Below, in pieces: positions 20,443-28,682 of a stretch of 64,000 nt of DNA. The first letter of the stretch is position 1. Every line of letters starts with the position of its first letter. Source of the DNA: Nitrospira sp. (lineage in GTDB: Bacteria > Nitrospirota > Nitrospiria > Nitrospirales > Nitrospiraceae); contig AP038806.1 of NCBI GenBank assembly GCA_047150005.1, positions 3,264,001-3,328,000 of the forward strand. The letters run 5' to 3'. The notes under the pieces were generated by a model. That model worked only from the letters and a program-made list of their open reading frames with translations, made no database searches and had not been told where the DNA came from. Both the position numbers and the translations under genes were made by a program.

Positions 20443-20721
20443 ATGAAACGATTCGGAGTACTGGCATCGGCTTCTCTTCTGATGATGAGTGGTTCCGTCG
20501 GCTATGCGGACAGCCTGTGCCTGCAGTGCCTCGACGCTGCCAAGCAGGAATTGAAGAAGTGCATGGAAGCCGCCATCAGTGCGCAGGACAAGGCTTCGTG
20601 CCACGAGAAACATGACGCCAAGTCGAAGTCCTGCGAAGAGGGCGAGTGCAGGCTGGAGCAAGCGGCGAAACCAGGCTCGAAGGACAAGCCCGTCTCCGAA
20701 CCGCTCCCGGATCGAAAATAG
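20443..20721 (+). CDS. Small secreted six-cysteine protein
   Basis: RBS-like GAGGGGG, signal peptide ending GYA, six Cys in mature part. Confidence 0.65.
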   Translation: MKRFGVLASASLLMMSGSVGYADSLCLQCLDAAKQELKKCMEAAISAQDKASCHEKHDAKSKSCEEGECRLEQAAKPGSKDKPVSEPLPDRK

Positions 20722-20802
20722 TCAGGGAATTCCTGCGACCGGTACCAAAGCCTGGTAGTGAGCCCGGTCTTGTGTGCGGCGGGGGCGGCCGGAGTCGTCC
20801 GG

Positions 20803-21963
20803 TCAAGCGCCGGTGTACCGATGGAGCTCTCGAACGAAGTGTTGCGTTGCGGTCATGAGGCCGAGAGGGTCCTTTTGAATGCGGCTGCCGAGGATGAACA
20901 CGACGTCCCGGCCGTAGAAGGACACGAACTCCGGGATATCCGAGGCGCCGATACGTCCCGCTGCCGTCGGCGCTATGGGACGAATGTGCCTCCAGGCGGC
21001 CCGGCACGTCCGCGCCAACGCCGCACAGTCATCTTTCATCATCGCGTAGCCGGTACGATAGCCGGGATAGATGGACAGATCGGCGCCTGCGAGACGGGGA
21101 AGTTGGCCATAGAGAGCTGCCGGAGCGATTCCCTGATCCGGATGTATCGCGTAGCTACCCAGCAGCGCGGGATGGCTTGCGATCGGCAGGGCCAGCGACT
21201 CATCTTCTGCCAAGGAACGGAGCGCATCGAATCCGGTCAGCCCCGGCGCCACGAGCAGCCCGCCTGCTCCCCGTTTCTTGGCCAGCGAAGCGCGCGCCTT
21301 CATGACGTCGAGGGGGCCGCTAATGTGGGCCAGATAAGGGCAGGGTCTGCCGCGTTGCGCTGCAGCGGTGAGCGCGGCGTCGGCGCATCGTGCGATGCGC
21401 TCGTTGAACGGACAGAACGACTGATCGACGAGGCCCTGGTCGTCTTTGATCAAGTCCACGCCCCCCAGCACGAACTCCGTGGCCAGGTCGGCCAGTTCCT
21501 GCGGGGAGCGGCCGAGCGGTTTCAGCACGGCGCAGACGAGTGGACGGTCTCGTATCCCTGTGAGATCCCTGAGACCTTCCAGGCCGAATCGTGGGCCGCG
21601 CCATTGTGACAGGACGGAGTCAGGAAGCTCCCACGATACGAGCCGGACGCCGGGGCGCAGGCTACTGGTGCCGAACAATAGGTTTAGGAGATCGGCGAGG
21701 TGGCGGCCGATCAGATCGACGGTATAGCTGATCCGGGCTTCGTAGCCGCCGGGCGATCGAGTCCGGAACTCTTCAACCCGGCCTACGATGCGCCGACGCA
21801 GTGCAGGTGTCACGATCTCGTCGCTGGCCTCGACAGTCTGGTCCAGGCAGATCAACTCGGCCGTCTTCAGAGCCTCGGTCTCTGAGCCACCGATGTGATA
21901 TAGGGCCGTGATGCGGGCGTCAGGAGACGGAGGCTCGGATTCGACAGAGGACCGTACAGGCAT
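20803..21963 (-). CDS. RuBisCO-like protein (form IV)
   Basis: GPRFGLEGLR, VLKPLG, GGVDLIKDDQG, SHPALLG, RLAGAD. Confidence 0.88.
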   Translation of the reverse strand: MPVRSSVESEPPSPDARITALYHIGGSETEALKTAELICLDQTVEASDEIVTPALRRRIVGRVEEFRTRSPGGYEARISYTVDLIGRHLADLLNLLFGTSSLRPGVRLVSWELPDSVLSQWRGPRFGLEGLRDLTGIRDRPLVCAVLKPLGRSPQELADLATEFVLGGVDLIKDDQGLVDQSFCPFNERIARCADAALTAAAQRGRPCPYLAHISGPLDVMKARASLAKKRGAGGLLVAPGLTGFDALRSLAEDESLALPIASHPALLGSYAIHPDQGIAPAALYGQLPRLAGADLSIYPGYRTGYAMMKDDCAALARTCRAAWRHIRPIAPTAAGRIGASDIPEFVSFYGRDVVFILGSRIQKDPLGLMTATQHFVRELHRYTGA

Positions 21964-22125
21964 AAGACCGTGCTCGAGCGTGAAGTCAGAGTACCGACAT
22001 GCCCTTCACCCCGGCGTGACCGCGGCGCAGGCGGGGCGTTGCGACCTGACGGCGCCCACCGGTCGCAGGCCGACGACGTCGGTATGCCTGCTCGGCTCGA
22101 TTGAGCGAAGGAGACGTCGGGGAAA

Positions 22126-22662
22126 TCAGCTTGGGCTGAATCGAGCCTTTGCCTCGGTAACCCGCGCACAGGCCAGACGAACCTGATGCGCGAGGAATGA
22201 ATCGCTTTTCATTTGCCGACCGATAGCTTCGGCGTAGGACAAGACCATCTCATCTTCTGGCAGTAGATTGTTTCCGATACACAACATATCCAATCCAGCC
22301 CGCAATCCCATGCTGCAGGCCAGTCCGGTCTGATATTTCTGTTGAAGCCCCTGCATTTGGAGATCACCCTTCGTGTCCTTCAGACGGCGGACCCGGCCGC
22401 CTTCCTGATCGACGAACAGCAGCGGCCGGGATGGCAGAGTCGAGATTTCCGCGCAGAGCTCCCGGACTTGCTCGGGACTGTGAATGTTATTGTCGTAGGT
22501 CTTGGTCTGGCAGTTGAAATCAAATAGGATGACCCCTCCCAGCCCGTAGATCCCGGCAACCTGCTCCAGCCAGGGCGGAATTGCGGTGCCTCGGAAACCG
22601 AGGAGGAAGCAGCAACCGATCCCAGGTTGCTCATGCCGGGACGAAGGCGACGGCTGCGTCAT
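22126..22662 (-). pseudogene. NagZ-like GH3 beta-N-acetylhexosaminidase with internal in-frame deletion
   Basis: GGVILF and VDQEGGRVRRL run directly into DLQM and AGLDMLCI; KHFPGHG region absent. Confidence 0.7.
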
Positions 22663-23273
22663 CAGTAGGTGGCGCCGCCGAGGTCCGGTTCTGGAGCCAT
22701 CTGCCCCTCGGAAAATTTCAAGGCGGACGGGCGGTGCTCGAAGAAGATAATGCCGCGGTCTTTCATACTTTCATACGTGAGAACGATCTCGCTGTCGTCT
22801 CCCTGCCAGTTGAATTGTTGGACCGGGCCTTTCGAAATCTGGCCGGGCGTCCGATCCAACGGTCCATAGCGGGATTGAAGGTACAACACGATTTGCTCGT
22901 GCGTCTGATGCCCGTGATATCGAATGATGACTCGCGCGAACTGTCCGTCGAAGGTCACAAAGCGCATCGAGTCGACTTTCGCAGATCCGAGATCCGGCGG
23001 CCCCTGCTTCAGTTCATAGCCCTTGATGCGTGCGCCGTTTTCGACGAGCAGAAACTCCTGCGTTTCGGAAAAGGCCGCTCCCCATGGAATACCTTCGAAG
23101 CCTTTCGGATCATTGGCCATCGGAACGGGGAGGGCGGGGCGGGGAGACAAGACTGCCCATCCATACAACATCAGGAACGTGAACAGGAGTCGTGCCTTGA
23201 CCAACGGCCGGTCGAAGCGGACCTTCGATGAGTCTGCTGGGTTCCTCGGCCTATTAGCAAGCGAACGATCCAT
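22662..23273 (-). CDS. Hypothetical exported protein
   Basis: 203-aa ORF with hydrophobic leader and DPKGFEGIPWG; abuts next gene. Confidence 0.7.
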   Translation of the reverse strand: MDRSLANRPRNPADSSKVRFDRPLVKARLLFTFLMLYGWAVLSPRPALPVPMANDPKGFEGIPWGAAFSETQEFLLVENGARIKGYELKQGPPDLGSAKVDSMRFVTFDGQFARVIIRYHGHQTHEQIVLYLQSRYGPLDRTPGQISKGPVQQFNWQGDDSEIVLTYESMKDRGIIFFEHRPSALKFSEGQMAPEPDLGGATY

Positions 23274-23350
23274 ACATACCTCGGCGAGGAGGGCCGCCGG
23301 GAGGCGTCAGCGATGCGCTCCTGGCGGCTCCCCCCTCGTGACGTCGTTGA

Positions 23351-23626
23351 CTATTTCATCTTCTCTTTTGCGGCGTTTGCTTCACCCTTGGCTCGTTCCG
23401 TTGTGCCTTTGGCCTTTCCCTTGGCGCGTTCCGCCTCCGCGCTCATCTTGTTGCCTTTGGCATCCTCGACGGCGCCTTTGGTCTGTCCCTTGACCTCTTC
23501 GGTCGTCGCCTTGGCTTCGCCTTTCATTTTTTCCATCGTGGCGGAGGTTTCTCCGGCAAGGGCGGAAGAGGCAAATGTGACCCATCCCAAAACAGCTGCA
23601 GCGATTCCGAGTCCGGTGTGTCTCAT
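23351..23626 (-). CDS. CsbD-like stress protein with signal peptide
   Basis: RBS GGAGG; repeated KGEAK/KGAVE/AKGK motifs. Confidence 0.7.
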   Translation of the reverse strand: MRHTGLGIAAAVLGWVTFASSALAGETSATMEKMKGEAKATTEEVKGQTKGAVEDAKGNKMSAEAERAKGKAKGTTERAKGEANAAKEKMK

Positions 23627-23834
23627 GGCGCGGCCTCCTATAGAGTTAGGGGAAGTGGGTGGATAGGAGCGGTCTCTTCCGCCTCGCGTGCAGAAACCTT
23701 CTCTTCAGAGTGGAATGCAAAGTCTAAGACATTGGACTAACCAAATGCAAAACGAATGTTCTTGGACGATAATTTTGACAGTCTGTCTGGCCCATGACCC
23801 AATTTGCTGTCCGTCGGGTCGACGAGGCCGTTTC

Positions 23835-24845
23835 TCATTCCCGCGGAAGCGGGGAGGTGGAGTCACATTTGAAGTGCAACAGATCACGAGTAAACACCTC
23901 GGCCGGTGTCTCATAGTCGAGACACTTGCGCGGGGTGTGATTATACGCCCGCACCAGCGCCAGCAAGCGGCGGGTGGAGAGCGTGGCCAAGTCAGTTTTC
24001 CGGGGGAGGGCACGGCGCATCCGGCCGATACCGTTTTCGATACCCCCTTTTTGCCACGGGGCATGCGGGTCACAAAAGTAGGTGCGCATGCCGAGCGGGT
24101 GCAGCTGATCGTGATACGCGAACTCCGTGCCGTTATCGAACGTGATGGTCCGGCGCAGGGCCGGAGGCAGGGCGGCAAACAGCGCCGTGAGTCGGGCGGC
24201 CACCGGCTGGGCCCCCTTCGTGGGTTGCCGGCTGGCCACCAACACGCGCGAGCGGCGTTCCTGCGTCACCAGGACCGCCTGGCCATATTTCGCAAACAGC
24301 ATCAGATCGGCCTCCCAATGGCCAGGGTCCTGCCGCTGCTGGATCGCCGCCGGTCGCTCGCTAATGGGGACGCGGCTGCGGATGTGGTCCACGGCACTGC
24401 CGCCTTTGCGCCCCCGCCACCCGCGTTTGCTTTTGCCCCGCGGCAAATAATGCCGCCAGCGATAGTCTTTCGTCCGGCGGATCTGGCTGGCGATGAAGCG
24501 GTAGATCGACTCGGAGCTGATGCGCAGCGCGCAGCCGTCGCGCTTGAGCCGGCCGGCGACTTGAGCGGGCGACCAGCCCTGCCCCAACCAGCGCAGGACG
24601 TGGGCCTGCAGCGCCGGTTGCCGGAGCAGACGACTCCCGCGCCAGCGGCGGCTGCGGGTCTGCTCCTGGGCATAGGCAGGCGCATAGCCCACCTGGGCGC
24701 CGCGATTGCGCCTCAGTTCCCGCAGAATGGTCGATGGCGCGCGATCCAGAGCTGCTGCAATTTGGCGGATGGTTTGCCCGGCTTCGCGAGCCCGGGCAAT
24801 CGTACACCGGTCTTCCAAGGAGAGCTGCGCATAGTGTCGTCCCAT
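23835..24845 (-). CDS. IS30 family transposase
   Basis: HTH RAPSTILRELRRN, WSPAQV, DDE motifs HWEADL, TFDNGTEF, KGGIEN; YNHTPRKCL. Confidence 0.95.
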   Translation of the reverse strand: MGRHYAQLSLEDRCTIARAREAGQTIRQIAAALDRAPSTILRELRRNRGAQVGYAPAYAQEQTRSRRWRGSRLLRQPALQAHVLRWLGQGWSPAQVAGRLKRDGCALRISSESIYRFIASQIRRTKDYRWRHYLPRGKSKRGWRGRKGGSAVDHIRSRVPISERPAAIQQRQDPGHWEADLMLFAKYGQAVLVTQERRSRVLVASRQPTKGAQPVAARLTALFAALPPALRRTITFDNGTEFAYHDQLHPLGMRTYFCDPHAPWQKGGIENGIGRMRRALPRKTDLATLSTRRLLALVRAYNHTPRKCLDYETPAEVFTRDLLHFKCDSTSPLPRE

Positions 24846-24892
24846 TGCAACACCTTACCCCACAGGTGTTGCACTTCGTTTGTGAATCTAGG
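23856..24892 (-). mobile_element. IS30 family insertion sequence
   Basis: Imperfect ~26-bp IRs sharing GAAGTGCAACA; GGA repeated at 23853-23855 and 24893-24895; encloses the transposase. Confidence 0.88.
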
Positions 24893-24988
24893 GGATCCAG
24901 TCAAGGCCTTCTCCTCAGCCTTGAGTCTTGATCGAGGAGTGAATGCCCGCCTTCCCGGGCATGACGCAACAGGAACTGACCCACTCCC
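24893..24988 (-). repeat. Right part of REP-containing repeat element interrupted by IS30
   Basis: Reverse complement aligns with 33217-33310, including a 44-nt core identical except one indel. Confidence 0.85.
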
Positions 24989-25060
24989 GTCGCGTAGCGC
25001 AGAGATTGACAAAGGCATCAGGGGGTCCGTAGTCTCAGAATAGACAGGAGGAGGAGCACT

Positions 25061-25378
25061 ATGCCGATCATACTGACTTTCTTCCTCATGCTGACCGCGG
25101 TGATTCCAGTGCAGGCGCAACCCGGTTCCCAAGCGGCTGCGAACGACGTCGTGAAAGGGGATGTGTTGTATTGGGAGGGGGAAGAACTGGTCGTTCGGGA
25201 AATGTCCGGGCATGAAGTCCGGATGCGTGTCACCGCGGACACGAAGATTGAAGGTGCGGCGGCACGGCTCAAGACCGGAGACAAGATTGCCGCCCAGCTT
25301 ACCCCCGACGGACACGCCGCCACCATCACGCTGCAGATTCCCGACGCCGGGACGGCTCCTGCTCCACGTGTGCGGTAG
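25061..25378 (+). CDS. Small secreted hypothetical protein
   Basis: RBS AGGAGGAGG, signal peptide; TTGACA-N18-TAGTCT at 25006-25035. Confidence 0.75.
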   Translation: MPIILTFFLMLTAVIPVQAQPGSQAAANDVVKGDVLYWEGEELVVREMSGHEVRMRVTADTKIEGAAARLKTGDKIAAQLTPDGHAATITLQIPDAGTAPAPRVR

Positions 25379-25425
25379 CCCTGCCGCCCGGTTATAGCCC
25401 GGTGGCTTCGCGAAGAGCCGAAAAG

Positions 25426-25497
25426 ATGAGAGGTCTGATGAGAGGTCTGATGAGAGGTCTGATGAGAGGTCTGATGAGAGGTCTGGTGAAGGGTCTG
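25426..25497 (+). repeat. 12-bp tandem repeat ATGAGAGGTCTG x5 plus one degenerate copy
   Basis: Perfect copies 25426-25485, then GTGAAGGGTCTG. Confidence 0.95.
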
Positions 25498-25833
25498 GTT
25501 GCAATCAACTGCCTCCTCGCTGCATGTGCCTGGGTCGCCCTTCAGCCTGGAATGGCGCAATCCGACACCGCACTCGGTGATGTATCGAAAGGCAGAGTCC
25601 TCTTCGACCGCAATTGTGCCGGCTGCCATGGAACAGAAGGGAAGGGAAACGGCTACAAACTGCTCGGACCTGATCCGGCGGATCTCACGTCCAGGCGGAC
25701 GGCTGCAAAGTCCGACGGCGAGTTACTCAAGACCATTCATGACGGCAAGCCGAACATGCCGGCCTGGAAGAACCTTCTCTCGGAAGAGCAGGCACGGGAT
25801 GTCCTCGCGTATGTGCGAACCTTGACCAAGTAA
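25426..25833 (+). CDS. Monoheme class I cytochrome c (start ambiguous within repeat)
   Basis: Signal peptide, CAGCH, PADL, NMPAW (distal Met). Confidence 0.88.
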   Translation: MRGLMRGLMRGLMRGLMRGLVKGLVAINCLLAACAWVALQPGMAQSDTALGDVSKGRVLFDRNCAGCHGTEGKGNGYKLLGPDPADLTSRRTAAKSDGELLKTIHDGKPNMPAWKNLLSEEQARDVLAYVRTLTK

Positions 25834-25953
25834 CGGCAGCCTCTTTCCTCCTTCACGCTACCCGTCCGATGTATGCTTGCCGTCTTGATGTCGGCTCCGA
25901 CTCACGGTAGATTCCGGCGGCGTTCCGATTGTCCACCCATTTGGAGATGAAGC

Positions 25954-27255
25954 ATGCCTCCCATCGTCGTTCAGAATGGAGCACTGCTGCCGTACATGTC
26001 CGATCGATATGATCCAGAGAGTTTGAGACGGCTCAAGCGGTTTCTGGAGCGTGAGGGCGTGTTTACGTTCAGGCCTCTGCGCACGCATCTGTTTCCCGCG
26101 GCCGTCGTCGATCGATTCAATCGGCACAGCGGCTATCATCACGTCTGGGTGAGAGACAATGTGCACGTGAGTCACGCGCTGTACGTCCACGGCGATGTAC
26201 GCGCGGCCGGTCGTTGCCTCTCGGCGCTCATGGGATTCTTTTCGCGACATCGGCGCCGCTTCGAGCGCATCATCGGCGGCGAGTCCACGCCGGCCGACAT
26301 CATGTCCCGGCCTCATGTGCGGTTCGACGGAGCCACCCTGCGCGAGTCGCGAGAGACCTGGGCTCATGCGCAGAACGACGCGCTCGGCTACTTTCTGTGG
26401 ATGTACTGCCTGTTGGCCTGCCGGGGTGTGCTCAAACCGACTCTCTCGGAGGTGGAAGTGCTCGGGTTGTTCGCCCGCTACTTCGATGCCATTCGTTATT
26501 GGACGGACGAGGACTGCGGTCATTGGGAGGAGGAGCGTAAGATTGAAGCCTCCAGCATCGGCGTCGTGGTCGCCGGATTGGCGAAGCTTCGGGAGTTCCT
26601 GTCGACAGGGAAGCACCGGCGCGAGGCGGCGGGGTTGTCGGATGCCGAGCTTCGCGTCCTCGAAGGCTGCGGGCGAGCACAATTGCGGAAGATCTTGCCG
26701 CACGAATGTATTCAGAAGGCGCCGGCCAAGAAACGCCGAACCGACGCAGCGCTCTTGTTCCTGGTGTACCCGCTCGACGTCGTCGGACAGGCGATGGGGA
26801 AACGGATTCTTACGGATATCGCCGAGCAGCTCGAGGGGGCCTATGGGATCAAACGGTACGTGGGAGACTCCTATTGGGCTGCCGATTATAAGGAAAAGCT
26901 GAGCCCGTCCCAACGCACGGTCGATTTCAGTGATACGGTCGGGATGCGCAACAAGCTGCTGTCACCCGGCGAAGAGGCCCAGTGGTGTCTGTTCGACTCC
27001 GTCATGTCCGCCGCCTACGGTCGGCGGTTCCAACATACCCGAAGGCAGGCCGATCGGGAGTACCAGACGTACTATTTCAACCGGGCGCTGGGGCAACTGA
27101 CCGAATCATCGCCGGGCATCCCGGCATTTCGGTGCCCGGAAGCGTACTATCTTTCGCGCGGGCGCTATGTCGCCAACGACCATACCCCGCTGATATGGGC
27201 ACATGCCAATCTCCTGGTCGCCATGAAACTGATGGAGACCAATCTGGCCGTGTGA
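25954..27255 (+). CDS. GH15-like / phosphorylase-kinase alpha-beta-like glycoside hydrolase
   Basis: HVWVRDNV, HAQNDALG, GHWEE, ASSIG, GIKRYVGDSY, PLIWAHANL. Confidence 0.7.
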   Translation: MPPIVVQNGALLPYMSDRYDPESLRRLKRFLEREGVFTFRPLRTHLFPAAVVDRFNRHSGYHHVWVRDNVHVSHALYVHGDVRAAGRCLSALMGFFSRHRRRFERIIGGESTPADIMSRPHVRFDGATLRESRETWAHAQNDALGYFLWMYCLLACRGVLKPTLSEVEVLGLFARYFDAIRYWTDEDCGHWEEERKIEASSIGVVVAGLAKLREFLSTGKHRREAAGLSDAELRVLEGCGRAQLRKILPHECIQKAPAKKRRTDAALLFLVYPLDVVGQAMGKRILTDIAEQLEGAYGIKRYVGDSYWAADYKEKLSPSQRTVDFSDTVGMRNKLLSPGEEAQWCLFDSVMSAAYGRRFQHTRRQADREYQTYYFNRALGQLTESSPGIPAFRCPEAYYLSRGRYVANDHTPLIWAHANLLVAMKLMETNLAV

Positions 27256-27274
27256 GACTCGTTGCGGCTGTTCG

Positions 27275-27853
27275 TTACTTGGGAGGAAAGTTCGATAGCA
27301 TGTCGCGAAGGATCTTTCGGATCCGTTCGTCCCGCTCCTGGGAATTCAAATTCGGTTCGACCATACCGGCCGCCGTTCCCCGCCACGCCAGTCTGTTCGA
27401 TGAGGCATCGATGATGTCGACCAGCAGCGTGCCCGCCATGTAGGACGGAGCCTCCGGCTCGGTCCTCGGCTTCCCGCTCGGATTTCTGGTGTCGACCGAA
27501 TGGACGAACGGTCGTCCCGCCATGCCGTCCGAAAAATACTGTTGCGACTGATCCGCCGTCCCTTCCTTTACTTGGATGTAGTAGGCGACGAGGAAATCCG
27601 GTCGGCCGCCGGTGGAAGCCGTATAGCCTTTCAGGCCGAGTTGCGCGGCGATCGCCGTGCGAAGGCGGATGTCGGTGCTCGAACTGTCCACGCGACGATC
27701 GCCGGTCTTCTCCTGTTCGTCCCGCAGCCATTCGTAGGTCCGATAAGAGTTGAAGTTCACGGAGCGGTCATAGTCGTACCCGATCTTGGCGGATGCGCAT
27801 CCCGACAGCGACCATACAATCAGACAGCAATGAAGAATGTTCTTTCGAGCCAC
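27275..27853 (-). CDS. DUF4136-like lipoprotein
   Basis: Lipobox LSGC, DYDRSVNF...TY, GTLLVDIIDA, WRG, NFPP. Confidence 0.8.
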   Translation of the reverse strand: MARKNILHCCLIVWSLSGCASAKIGYDYDRSVNFNSYRTYEWLRDEQEKTGDRRVDSSSTDIRLRTAIAAQLGLKGYTASTGGRPDFLVAYYIQVKEGTADQSQQYFSDGMAGRPFVHSVDTRNPSGKPRTEPEAPSYMAGTLLVDIIDASSNRLAWRGTAAGMVEPNLNSQERDERIRKILRDMLSNFPPK

Positions 27854-27872
27854 GGCGGATCTCCTCTGGTCA

Positions 27873-28427
27873 TTAGGGTGGGAAGTGTTCGAACATGGCT
27901 TTGAGGACGCGGGCGATCCGCTCATCCCGCTCTTTCGCGGTCATCCCTGGGTCGACTTCGGCCGATGCGGTGCCTTGCCAGACCAGCCGCTGTGTGGCTC
28001 CGTCTACGATGTCGATCAGGAGCGCTCCGCCCTTGTAGGGCTGAATGTCGCTGACGGTGGTATAGAGGCCGGTCGCCCGGTCGCCGATGTACCGTTGAGT
28101 CGAGGCGCCCTTCATCATGTCCGTCACGGCTGCACGGTAGGCCACATAAAAATCCGGCTGTCCGGCGGCCGGGTTCGTATAGCCTTTCCCTCGCAGCTGC
28201 CTGTCGACAGCCGCACGGATGCGGGCATCGACCAGATCATTGTCGATCCGTCTGTCTCCTGTCGGACTTCGCGAATCCGGCATCCACTCGTAGGTTCGGT
28301 AGCTGGTGAAATCGGCGCTGCGATCGTAGTCATAGCCGACCTTCGGTGACGCGCAAGCGAAGGCCAGCGCCGCCATCATTGCCACGCACAATGCCGAGCG
28401 CCAAGGCGCAATCCGATTCCTGCTCAC
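27873..28427 (-). CDS. DUF4136-like lipoprotein (tandem paralog)
   Basis: AFAC lipobox, DYDRSADF...TY, GALLIDIVD, WQG, HFPP. Confidence 0.8.
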   Translation of the reverse strand: MSRNRIAPWRSALCVAMMAALAFACASPKVGYDYDRSADFTSYRTYEWMPDSRSPTGDRRIDNDLVDARIRAAVDRQLRGKGYTNPAAGQPDFYVAYRAAVTDMMKGASTQRYIGDRATGLYTTVSDIQPYKGGALLIDIVDGATQRLVWQGTASAEVDPGMTAKERDERIARVLKAMFEHFPP

Positions 28428-28682
28428 ATTGCGCTCATGCCCTTCTAATGTTGGAAGGGTACGATGAGATGTCCAGTGAGATTGATGTCGGAGCATGACC
28501 ATGGCGTATCTGAACATGCGGATCTACCTGGCGGCAATAGCCATGTGTGTGTCCTCATTCATTGCGCGTTCTATGACGGCGCGAAGCCGGAAGAGGGCCG
28601 TCGTCACGACGCGACTCCATAAGGCCTGACGCCGTTGGAATCCTGCAGGCCGGACCCGATCGTTGCCGGGGCGTCGGCGCTT

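Noticed and set aside
20443..20721. c-type cytochrome
   Set aside because: CLQCL lacks the His of CxxCH.
20803..21963. Bona fide RuBisCO / Calvin cycle
   Set aside because: Key motif substitutions (KDDQ, KPLG), short length, and no cbbS or prk nearby.
23688..25043. 451-aa plus-strand ORF across the IS30
   Set aside because: It is the antisense shadow of the transposase, with no recognisable motifs.
25426..25497. Tandem repeat as a CRISPR array
   Set aside because: The 12-bp units are contiguous with no spacers, and no cas genes are present.
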